Below are positions 6,890 to 14,059 of a stretch of 14,061 nucleotides of DNA, piece after piece. Within the stretch, counting starts at the first letter, position 1, and each line of letters opens with the position of its first letter. Under the pieces are notes generated by a model. The model did not search any database. It saw nothing but the letters and a program-made list of their open reading frames with translations, and was not told where the DNA came from. The translations under genes and the position numbers were made by a program. Source of the DNA: Myxococcota bacterium (lineage in GTDB: Bacteria; Myxococcota; JACRCW01); the NCBI GenBank assembly GCA_040752415.1, contig JBFMGU010000272.1:1-14061 (forward strand), in the 5' to 3' direction.

Positions 6890-8383
6890 CTACCGGAACT
6901 GCTCCGCGTCCAGGCCGAACTCCTCCATGAGACGCTGGAAGTCCGCGCGCGCCTTCCCCATGGCCCGCGCCGCCTGGATGACGTTGCCCTTGGCGCGCTT
7001 CAGCGCCGCTACCACCTCGCGCTCGTCGACGCCGTCACGGCTGATGCGTGGCTGTCGCACGGAGGTTGCCGCCGCCTTCTTCTTCACCACGCGGCTCGGC
7101 TCCGGGAACGGCACGCGGCTGGTGGGCTCCACCGCGGCCATCTCCTCGCTCTGCCCGGGGTCGGTGTTCTCGACGGGAGGCATCTCGTACGCCGCCACGG
7201 TGTTCACCTCGCCGGTGATGTGCACCGCGTTGTTTGCGGAGGACACGCCGCTGCGACCCGCAATCACGCCGGGAAGATGCCGCAGGTCAATGTGCTCGTC
7301 GTCACCGGCCAGGATGGCGCCGCCTTCCAGCACCTTGGACAGCTCGCGGATGTTGCGCGGCCAGCGGTAGTTGAGCAGCGCCCGGCACGCGTCCCGACTC
7401 ACCGCCCGCGCACCACCCGCCCGCGCCAGCAGCGCGTCAATGAGCAGGCCCAGGTCCTCCCGACGATCCCGCAGCGGCGGCAGCGTCACCACCAGGGCAC
7501 TGAGCTGGTCCAGCAGGGAGCGGGCGAAACGGCCCTTGCGCGCCGCCGCCTCCAGGTCCGTCTCCGCGCTGGCCACCACCCGCAGGTCCACCGGCACCGC
7601 GCGACCACCGTTGAGCGGCGCCACGCGTGAGGTCTCCAGCACGCCGGAGATGGCCGCCTGCAGCTCCATGGGCATGTGTTCCACGCGGTGCAGGAAGAGC
7701 GTGCCGCCCGTGGAGATGCCCAGCGCACCGGCGCGCACGTCCTGGGCGCCAAAGAGCTCGTTGGGCATGCGCTCCTTGGCCAGCGCGCCGCAATCCACCG
7801 TGACGAGGCGACCCGGCCGGCCGCTCACCTCGTGCACCACCTTGGCGGCGAAGCTCTTGCCCACGCCGGGCTCGCCCAGCAGCAGGATGTGGTCGGTGCC
7901 CTCCGCGGCCTTGCGCAGCGCGGTGAGCTGCTCCGCCAGCGAGGGGCTCCAGCTGGCCATCCGTCCCAGCTCGGCCGGCTCCACGGGCGGCGCGGGCTCC
8001 ATGGGCAGCGTGAGGTAGAGCCAGAACGTGCGACCGGTCTCGATGAGGTCCCCGTTCTCCAGGCGCACCCGGTCCACCTGCTTGCCGTTGACCATGACGC
8101 CGTTGGTGCTGCCCTCGTCCTGGAGGAAGCGGCCCCCGCCCACGTCGCGCTGGATGGAGGCGTGGCGGCTGCTCATCCACGGGTCGTCCACGCGGATGAC
8201 GTCCTCGGTGGCGCGGGCGTCGTAGCCGCCTTCCGCGCCGCGGCCCAGGATCAGGGCTTTGAGGCGGGAGAGGTCAAAGGGGCCGTCGCCCACCTCGAAG
8301 CGGTCCCCCGCCCGACACACCTGATACAGGACGGGCCTCTTGGCGGCCTCCTCAGGACGGGCGCGTGCCATGGCACCTGTCAT
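6890..8383 (-). CDS. FHA-domain, sigma-54 activator-like AAA+ / Fis-HTH regulator with degenerate catalytic motifs
   Basis: FHA motifs LGR, MSSRHA and DEGSTNGVMVNG. Walker A GEPGVGKS. VDCGAL..ELFG, LPPLRDRREDL and YRWPRNIREL. C-terminal HTH GNVIQAARAMG. GAFTGA is absent and Walker B reads FLHRV. Alternative start at 8371. Confidence 0.88.
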   Translation of the reverse strand: MTGAMARARPEEAAKRPVLYQVCRAGDRFEVGDGPFDLSRLKALILGRGAEGGYDARATEDVIRVDDPWMSSRHASIQRDVGGGRFLQDEGSTNGVMVNGKQVDRVRLENGDLIETGRTFWLYLTLPMEPAPPVEPAELGRMASWSPSLAEQLTALRKAAEGTDHILLLGEPGVGKSFAAKVVHEVSGRPGRLVTVDCGALAKERMPNELFGAQDVRAGALGISTGGTLFLHRVEHMPMELQAAISGVLETSRVAPLNGGRAVPVDLRVVASAETDLEAAARKGRFARSLLDQLSALVVTLPPLRDRREDLGLLIDALLARAGGARAVSRDACRALLNYRWPRNIRELSKVLEGGAILAGDDEHIDLRHLPGVIAGRSGVSSANNAVHITGEVNTVAAYEMPPVENTDPGQSEEMAAVEPTSRVPFPEPSRVVKKKAAATSVRQPRISRDGVDEREVVAALKRAKGNVIQAARAMGKARADFQRLMEEFGLDAEQFR

Positions 8384-8457
8384 AAACGCACGCGGGGGGA
8401 CCTGTCTGCAAGAAGTTCTCCTCCGCCCGCGGTACCTGGGTGTATGGGGAGACCGTC

Positions 8458-9420
8458 ATGACGCTGGCCGCAGTCACCGTGGACCTGGACGGCGTGCGCC
8501 ACTACCACGCCATCCACGGGCTCCCCGCTCCGTCGGGGCCGGACCCCCTGCTCACGCGCGCGCTGCCGCGCTTCCTGGAGGCCTGCGCCGCCCACGGGAT
8601 CCGCGCCACGCTCTTCACCGTGGGCCAGGACCTCTCGGATCCCGACGTGGCGCGCCTCATCCGCCAGGCCGCCCACGACGGCCACGAGATCGCCAGCCAC
8701 TCCTTCAGCCACGACTACCGCCTCACCCACTTCACCGCGCAGGCCATGCGCGCGGACCTGGTGGCCGCCGTGGAGGCCATCGAGAAGGTCACCGGCACGC
8801 GCCCCCTGGGCTTCCGCGCGCCCGGCTACAATCTCAATGAGTCGCTGCTGGACGCCGTGGCGTCGACCGGCCACCGCTACGACAGCAGCATCTTCCCCAG
8901 CTGGCCCTACTTCCTGGCCCGCGCCGCGGCCATCGTGGCGTACGGCGTGCGCGGCTCACCCAGCCGGTCCCTCGTGGGAGACCCGCGACAGTTCACCGGC
9001 CCGCGTCGTCCCTACGTCCCCGCCGCGCAGGAGCTGGCCCGTCCCGCCCGCCCCGGGGAGTCCGCGCGTGGCCTGTGGGAGCTGCCCATTGCGGTGTCCG
9101 GGCCGCTGGGCCTGCCGCTGATTGGCACGTTCATTCCCATGTACCCGGCGCTGATCCGTCGCGTGTTGACGTCGTGGCGCACGCGCGTGGGCGGTCCGTT
9201 CAACCTGGAGCTGCACGCGCTGGACTTCGCGGAGGCCTCGGACGGCCTGGCGCCGGAGCTGGTCTCCCGACAGCGGGATCTGGCCACGCCACTGTCCACG
9301 CGCATCTCCGCCATCCGCTCCGTGATGGGCGCGTTGGCGGACCAGATGGAGGTGCTTCCGCTGCGGGCGTGGCTGCCGGCGCTCGGTACACCTTTGACGC
9401 GGCCGGGTGGTCGGGGATAG
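8458..9420 (+). CDS. Polysaccharide deacetylase (CE4/NodB-like) family protein
   Basis: GGGGAG RBS then ATG 8458. Motifs TVDLD, ATLFTVG, GHEIASHSFSH, GFRAPGY and YDSS. Confidence 0.88.
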   Translation: MTLAAVTVDLDGVRHYHAIHGLPAPSGPDPLLTRALPRFLEACAAHGIRATLFTVGQDLSDPDVARLIRQAAHDGHEIASHSFSHDYRLTHFTAQAMRADLVAAVEAIEKVTGTRPLGFRAPGYNLNESLLDAVASTGHRYDSSIFPSWPYFLARAAAIVAYGVRGSPSRSLVGDPRQFTGPRRPYVPAAQELARPARPGESARGLWELPIAVSGPLGLPLIGTFIPMYPALIRRVLTSWRTRVGGPFNLELHALDFAEASDGLAPELVSRQRDLATPLSTRISAIRSVMGALADQMEVLPLRAWLPALGTPLTRPGGRG

Positions 9421-9463
9421 ACAGCCGCCCCTCTCCAACGTGGGGCCTCGAGGAGTTCACGTC

Positions 9464-10126
9464 GTGACGGATGTCCGCTCCCAATCAGCCAGCGCCTCGG
9501 CCGCCGTCGCCTCCCCTTCCGCGGCGGAGGCCAAGCGTCGCAAGGAGCGCGAGGAGGACTGGGCCCTGGTCCAGCGCGCCCAGAAGGGCGAGTACGAAGC
9601 GTTCGAGGAGCTGGTCTCCCGCCACGGCGCCAAGAGCTACGCGCTGGCCCTGGGCATGCTCCGCAACCCGCAGGACGCCGAGGAGGTGGTGCAGGACAGC
9701 TTCCTCAACGCGTTCCAGAAGCTCAGCAGCTTCCGCGGGGATAGCGCCTTCACCTCCTGGCTGTACCGCATCACCGCCAACAATGCGCTGATGCGCCTGC
9801 GCAAGCAGAAGCGGGAGAGCCTCAACGTCATCGAGGACATGCTGCCCACCTTCCGCGAGGACGGCGTGCACGCGCACATCCCCGGCGGCTGGGCCCGCAG
9901 CGCGGATGACCTGGTGGCGGACAAGCAGCTCTCCAAGCGCCTGGAAGAAGGCCTGGCCATGCTGCCGGCGCAGTACCGCGTGGTGCTGCTGATGCGGGAG
10001 GTGGACGGCCTCTCCAACGAGGAGATTGCCGAGGTGATGGGTCTCTCCATCCCCGCGGTCAAGTCCAGGCTCCACCGCGCCCGCCTGGCGCTGCGTGAGC
10101 ACCTGGACAAGGAACACCAGAAGTGA
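9464..10126 (+). CDS. ECF-type RNA polymerase sigma-70 factor
   Basis: GAGGAG RBS then GTG 9464. Region 2: AFEELV...DAEEVVQDSFLNAFQKLSSFRGDSAFTSWLYRITAN. Region 4: LPAQYRVVLLMREVDGLSNEEIAEVMGLSIPAVKSRLHRAR. Confidence 0.93.
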   Translation: MTDVRSQSASASAAVASPSAAEAKRRKEREEDWALVQRAQKGEYEAFEELVSRHGAKSYALALGMLRNPQDAEEVVQDSFLNAFQKLSSFRGDSAFTSWLYRITANNALMRLRKQKRESLNVIEDMLPTFREDGVHAHIPGGWARSADDLVADKQLSKRLEEGLAMLPAQYRVVLLMREVDGLSNEEIAEVMGLSIPAVKSRLHRARLALREHLDKEHQK

Positions 10127-10144
10127 GGCGCCCGCGCCCGAGTT

Positions 10145-10170
10145 GAAACCTCGCGCGTGGGCAAGCATCT
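10145..10170 (+). promoter_or_regulatory. Candidate ECF-type promoter upstream of the anti-sigma gene
   Basis: GAAACC-N15-CATCT, resembling the AAC (-35) / CGTC-like (-10) pattern of many ECF promoters. Confidence 0.3.
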
Positions 10171-10257
10171 TTTGTGGGCAATGTGAGCCGATAAGGGCAA
10201 ACCAGGGTGGGTCCGAGGAAGGCCCGCAGCCTGGGCTGGACGGGGGCGGTAGGACGC

Positions 10258-10500
10258 ATGAAGACGACGTGTCAGGAAGCGGCGGCGGTTCTCAGCGATT
10301 ACGTGGACGGCAACCTCCCGCCGGAGGAGGCGGCGCTGATGAAGTCGCACCTGGATGACTGCCCGCCGTGCGCGTCGTTCCTCAAGAGCTTCAAGGTGGC
10401 CACGGATGCCACGCGCCTCATGCTGCTCAAGCAGATCCCGGGGGACTTCCAGAACCGGCTCAAGTCCTTCCTCAAGGCCCGCTGCGGCGGCGGCCACTGA
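10258..10500 (+). CDS. Small soluble zinc-binding anti-sigma factor (zf-HC2/ZAS)
   Basis: AGGA RBS then ATG 10258. 80 aa. TCQE...LSDYVDGNL...HLDDCPPC (H-x3-C-x2-C). No hydrophobic transmembrane segment. Lies directly downstream of the ECF sigma. Confidence 0.9.
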   Translation: MKTTCQEAAAVLSDYVDGNLPPEEAALMKSHLDDCPPCASFLKSFKVATDATRLMLLKQIPGDFQNRLKSFLKARCGGGH

Positions 10501-10523
10501 TCCCGTCCCACGTCTTCCACCCA

Positions 10524-10563
10524 CGCGCGGTTTTCCCCGGGGCGGTTTGTTGAAACCCGCGCG
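10524..10563. repeat. Imperfect palindrome downstream of the anti-sigma gene (terminator or operator candidate)
   Basis: CGCGCGGTTTTC (10524-10535) pairs at 11 of 12 positions with GAAACCCGCGCG (10552-10563), with a 16-nt loop. Confidence 0.5.
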
Positions 10564-10584
10564 CGCGGCATTACGCTCTGACCA

Positions 10585-10609
10585 TGAACCGCGGGCGCAC
10601 GCAGCGTCT
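10585..10609 (+). promoter_or_regulatory. Candidate ECF-type promoter upstream of the Cys-rich lipoprotein
   Basis: TGAACC-N14-CGTCT ends 23 nt before ATG 10633. Confidence 0.35.
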
Positions 10610-10632
10610 GCGCGTTTTCCTCGGAGGCATCC

Positions 10633-11379
10633 ATGCGCTCGTCCCTGTTGATGTCCTGCGTGATGCCCGGGCTGTTGGCGGGTTGCCTCACCGGCTCGGA
10701 CGAGGGCCTCAACAACGGGGAGCGCGGTGAGATCTCCATGGCCATGCCCGGCCTGCCGGTGGAGCACCAGCCCTTCGAGATCACCATCTTCGTCCAGCGG
10801 CAGAGCGCCATCTGCGGCCGCGGCCAGGTGTGCGTGGAGGATGAACCCATTGTGGGCATGGCCGCCGGCTGCGAGGACGAGAGCATCTGCGTGGTGGCGC
10901 AGCAGGACCCGGTGGAGGAGGACCGACGCTGTCGCGTCTCCGTCGACGCGCACCAAGCCGGCGAGACGCGCCTGCTGGTGGAGGTGGAGACAGCCAGCGG
11001 GGTGATCCGTCGTGATGTGTTCCCCATCCGCGTGACCAGCCCCACCAGCATGGAGGTGACCTGCGCGGCGTGTGACCAGGGCCTGGCGCCGGGGCAGGAG
11101 GCGGAGGCGCAATGTCGGCTCTACAACCGCGCGCTCAGCCCGGACCCGCTGCAGGGCGCCTGCGACGCGGTGCCCATGGGCCTGAGCGTGGAGGTGGAAG
11201 GCAACCTGGGAATGATCGCGCCCGCCGACGCGCAGGCCCAGGGTCCGCGTTTCTCCGACGAGGCACCGGCGGGCGCGCGCGCGTTTGGCAACGTGTTCAC
11301 GGTCCGCAAGAAGCTCCCGCAGGCCGCGGAGGTGCGTTTCTCCGCCGGTGAGGTGGAGCACCGCATCACGGCGCACTGA
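10633..11379 (+). CDS. Cys-rich lipoprotein of unknown function
   Basis: GGAGG RBS. Lipobox LLAGC. 11 cysteines in 248 aa. Beta-rich appearance. It fills the gap between recognised genes in the same orientation. Confidence 0.75.
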   Translation: MRSSLLMSCVMPGLLAGCLTGSDEGLNNGERGEISMAMPGLPVEHQPFEITIFVQRQSAICGRGQVCVEDEPIVGMAAGCEDESICVVAQQDPVEEDRRCRVSVDAHQAGETRLLVEVETASGVIRRDVFPIRVTSPTSMEVTCAACDQGLAPGQEAEAQCRLYNRALSPDPLQGACDAVPMGLSVEVEGNLGMIAPADAQAQGPRFSDEAPAGARAFGNVFTVRKKLPQAAEVRFSAGEVEHRITAH

Positions 11380-11386
11380 GGTGCGG

Positions 11387-12085
11387 ATGGCGCTCTTTGG
11401 CATCAGCGACCTGCATCTCTCCCACCGTTCCAACAAGCCCATGGACGTGTTTGGCCCCAACTGGGTGGGCCACACGGAGAAGATGGCGCGCGCCTGGGAC
11501 GCCCTGGTCCGTCCCGACGACGTGGTGCTGGTCCCCGGCGACATCAGCTGGGCGCTGAAGCTGGAGGAGGCCGACCTGGACCTCCAGTGGCTGGGCGCGC
11601 GTCCGGGGACGAAGATCCTGTGTCGCGGGAACCATGATTACTGGTGGCAGGCCATTGGTCGCGTGCGCGCGGCGCTGCCGCCGTCCTGCAAGGCGCTGCA
11701 GAACGACGCCGTGGACCTGGGCGCGTACGTGGTCTGCGGCACGCGGTTGTGGGCCGCGCCCGGGCAGCTGGACTTCACCGAGGACGACCGGCGCATCTAC
11801 GAGCGCGAGATTGGTCGTCTGAAGATGAGCCTGGAGGCGGGGAAGAAGCTGGCGGCGGGACGGCCGCTGGTGGTCTCGGTGCACTACCCGCCCTTCGCCG
11901 CCAACGGCAGCCACACGGACTTCAGCCGCCTCATCTGCGAGTCCGGCGCGCGGCTCTGCGTCTACGGCCACCTGCACGGAGCGCGCGCGCATCGCTCCGC
12001 CGTGGAGGGCGTGCGGGAGGGCGTGGAGTTCCATCTCATTGCTTGTGACAAGCTGGACTTTGTGCCTAAAGCGCTGTGGCCATGA
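11387..12085 (+). CDS. Calcineurin-like metallophosphoesterase (DR1119/COG1768-like)
   Basis: GAGGTG RBS then ATG 11387. Motifs SDLHLS..KPMDVFG, PGDISWA, RGNHDYWW, HYPP and YGHLHG. Confidence 0.9.
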   Translation: MALFGISDLHLSHRSNKPMDVFGPNWVGHTEKMARAWDALVRPDDVVLVPGDISWALKLEEADLDLQWLGARPGTKILCRGNHDYWWQAIGRVRAALPPSCKALQNDAVDLGAYVVCGTRLWAAPGQLDFTEDDRRIYEREIGRLKMSLEAGKKLAAGRPLVVSVHYPPFAANGSHTDFSRLICESGARLCVYGHLHGARAHRSAVEGVREGVEFHLIACDKLDFVPKALWP

Positions 12086-12996
12086 TGACCACACCTCGGC
12101 AGATTCTCCCGCTCACCCTGTTGTGCACGCTGTGGCTGACCGCCGCCCCGGCGTGGGGCCAGGAGCAGCCCACCGCGCTCCCGTCGGGGGAAGCCCCGGC
12201 CGCCCAGCCTGCCGAGCCGCCCCCGCCCGTGGCGCAACCCACGCCTCCGCCCCAGGCGCAGCCCGCTCCCGCGCCCACGCCCGGTCCCGCGCCGACGGAG
12301 TTGCCACCCGCCTCGCCGAGCGCGGGGGTTGGCGCGCTGGAGATTCACAGCGACGTGCCCGGCGCGGACGTGCTGGTGGACGGTCAGCCCGCCGGGAAGA
12401 CGCCAGTCCGCGTGGACAACCTCACCGCCGGGCCGCACCGCGTGCAGGTCACGCGCGAGGGTGGGGCGCCGCTGATTCGTGAGGTCACCGTGCAGGACGG
12501 GCTCACGGTGCGGATGGACGTGAACGTGGGCTCGGGTCCCAACCGGCAGCCCACCGGCACGCTGGGCAACGCCGCGCAGCCGCCCCCGCCTCCGCCGGCC
12601 AAGAAGAGCAGCGTGCTGCCGGGTGGTGAGTTCTTCTCCACGTTCGTGAGTCAGCCCTGGGCGTGGATTGCCGGTGCGTTTGCGCTGGGCGCCGCGCTGG
12701 TGGCCGCCATCCTGTGGAGCTCCACGCCGGACAACCTGCCGCTGGGCATCAAGATCCCCGGCAACGTGACGGTGTCCGCCGAGCAGTGGCGCATCCTGCA
12801 GTTCACCACGGTGGGCATTGCCATCGTGGCCATCGTCGTCACCATTGGGTTGTTCATCTGGCCCAGCCTGCCCTTCGCCAAGTTCCTCTCGCTCCCCGAC
12901 CTGAGCAAGATGATGAACAAGAAGGACGAGAAACCGGCGCAGCCGGAGCAGCAGCAGTCGCCCGGGACGACGTCACCAGCCCCCAGCGCGGGCTGA
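12082..12996 (+). CDS. PEGA-domain membrane protein with a signal peptide, Pro-rich linkers and two C-terminal TM helices
   Basis: ATGA overlap. Signal peptide ending AWG. PEGA-like segment GALEIHSDVPGADVLVDGQPAGKTPVRVDNLTAGPHRVQVTREG. Two hydrophobic segments (WAWIAGAFALGAALVAAILW and VGIAIVAIVVTIGLFIW). Confidence 0.85.
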   Translation: MMTTPRQILPLTLLCTLWLTAAPAWGQEQPTALPSGEAPAAQPAEPPPPVAQPTPPPQAQPAPAPTPGPAPTELPPASPSAGVGALEIHSDVPGADVLVDGQPAGKTPVRVDNLTAGPHRVQVTREGGAPLIREVTVQDGLTVRMDVNVGSGPNRQPTGTLGNAAQPPPPPPAKKSSVLPGGEFFSTFVSQPWAWIAGAFALGAALVAAILWSSTPDNLPLGIKIPGNVTVSAEQWRILQFTTVGIAIVAIVVTIGLFIWPSLPFAKFLSLPDLSKMMNKKDEKPAQPEQQQSPGTTSPAPSAG

Positions 12997-13001
12997 GCTT
13001 A

Positions 13002-13029
13002 CCGCGGTTCCCACTCGGGTTGACCGCGG
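13002..13029 (+). terminator. GC-rich hairpin just after the PEGA gene stop
   Basis: CCGCGGT (13002-13008) pairs with ACCGCGG (13023-13029) around an inner CCC-ACTC-GGG. No U-tract follows. Confidence 0.3.
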
Positions 13030-13033
13030 AGAG

Positions 13034-13188
13034 GATGGCCCTTGGCCGCGGAATGGCAGACAGGAATGGCTGCGCCACGGAATTGAGCCATTGATTTCAT
13101 GATCCCTGGGGGCATTGGTTTTCGAAGCGAGGCCAATGGACCGTGGCGCAGCCATTCCTGTCTGCGATTCCGCGGCCCAAGGGCCATC
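13034..13188. repeat. Long near-perfect inverted repeat (47/48-bp arms, 60-nt spacer)
   Basis: 13034-13080 versus the reverse complement of 13141-13188 shows one mismatch and one 1-nt indel. The inner 25 bp are perfect. Confidence 0.93.
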
Positions 13189-13264
13189 ACTTCGCAGGTG
13201 TCAGGCTCACTCGCCGCTACGGGGCAAACCTCACCGGGAACCGTTGTCACGGCATTTCCAGGAA

Positions 13265-13738
13265 TCAGCCGCCGTCGGCGGGACGCGTGTGCGGTCCGTA
13301 GGGCGGGCAGCCGCGCTCCGGCATGTCCGTGCCCGCACGACCCGGGATGGGCTCCAGGTCCGCTTCTCCCTGGTTGGGGAAGAGCTGGATGTGCTCACTG
13401 CGCGACTCGCCCTTCTCCAGCACCATGGTCTCGGTGCAGCCGCGCGCCACGATCAGCTCGCCCTGGCAGCTGTCCGGGTCCTCGCACGCGGTGACGTCGA
13501 TGAAGAAGCGCGTGTCCGGCGGCACTTCCGTCTGCAGCTTGAATTGCGACTGCTCACTGAGCTTGATGGGACCGTAGACGTACGGGGTGTCGCCGTTGGT
13601 CTTGCGCACCACGATCATCAACGTCTCCAGCGGCGGCACCGTGGGCTCCTTGTCCAGGTCCAAGGAGACACTGGCCGCGGGCTGACACCCGGCGCCCAGC
13701 AGCACACCCAGCAGAAGCGCACGTTGCTGCATCATCAC
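13265..13738 (-). CDS. Hypothetical lipoprotein
   Basis: Signal peptide/lipobox QQRALLLGVLLGAGC, a beta-rich mature part and further cysteines (CEDPDSC, RGC, RGCPP). It is closely spaced with the upstream minus-strand gene. The exact start among GTG/ATG/ATG is uncertain. Confidence 0.75.
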   Translation of the reverse strand: MMMQQRALLLGVLLGAGCQPAASVSLDLDKEPTVPPLETLMIVVRKTNGDTPYVYGPIKLSEQSQFKLQTEVPPDTRFFIDVTACEDPDSCQGELIVARGCTETMVLEKGESRSEHIQLFPNQGEADLEPIPGRAGTDMPERGCPPYGPHTRPADGG

Positions 13739-13744
13739 GCCCCA

Positions 13745-14059
13745 TCAATTGCGCAGGTTGCGCGCATCCACAGAGATGTCCGTCCCGTTGGGATTGGGCG
13801 GGTTCATGAAGAAGTACACCGCCGTCCCCACGCCGCCCGCCGTGGCCCCGCCCACCGCCGCCACGACGATGATCACCACCGGCACCACCAACGCCACCGC
13901 CACCAGCGGCACCGCGCGCCCCACCGCGTTGCCACCGCCGCCACCCTCGGTGGGCTCGTCGGGGGAAGGGCCTGGTCGGGCCTCCGCGCTGTTCCCGCCC
14001 GGTGATGACGACGTTGAAGCCACTGGCGCCGGGTCCGCCCCGCCCTTCCCGCCCGGGAA
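13745..14059 (-). CDS. Partial (5'-truncated) protein: C-terminal Pro/Gly linker and hydrophobic membrane anchor
   Basis: The frame is open to the window edge (FPGGKGGADPAPVASTSSS...). Long hydrophobic Gly/Ala stretch VPLVAVALVVPVVIIVVAAVGGATAGGVGTAVYFF. The stop lies 6 nt from the next gene. Confidence 0.7.
   Translation of the reverse strand, partial: FPGGKGGADPAPVASTSSSPGGNSAEARPGPSPDEPTEGGGGGNAVGRAVPLVAVALVVPVVIIVVAAVGGATAGGVGTAVYFFMNPPNPNGTDISVDARNLRN

Noticed and set aside
8384..8457. Sigma-54 promoter in the divergent gap next to the bEBP-like gene
   Set aside because: I found no convincing TGGCAC-N5-TTGC within the gap. TGGCAC at 8370-8375 is followed by CTGTCATAAA, which lacks the -12 GC.
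11062..11076. CAAC in the Cys-rich lipoprotein as a heme-c site
   Set aside because: It is followed by Asp, not His, so it is not CxxCH.
9637..11544. 635-aa minus-strand ORF, the longest in the window
   Set aside because: It lies antisense to four well-supported genes, is Arg/Ala-rich and has no motifs. This is a typical shadow ORF of high-GC DNA.
13034..13188. CRISPR array, tRNA or integron attC interpretation of the repeat
   Set aside because: There are only two arms in inverted orientation, no direct repeat-spacer periodicity, no cas or integrase gene, no cloverleaf, and no RYYYAAC/GTTRRRY ends on the arms.
13099..13494. Short ORFs crossing the inverted repeat that share the peptide PWRSHSCL on both strands
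   Set aside because: The shared peptide is simply a consequence of the inverted repeat. There is no RBS or coding signature.
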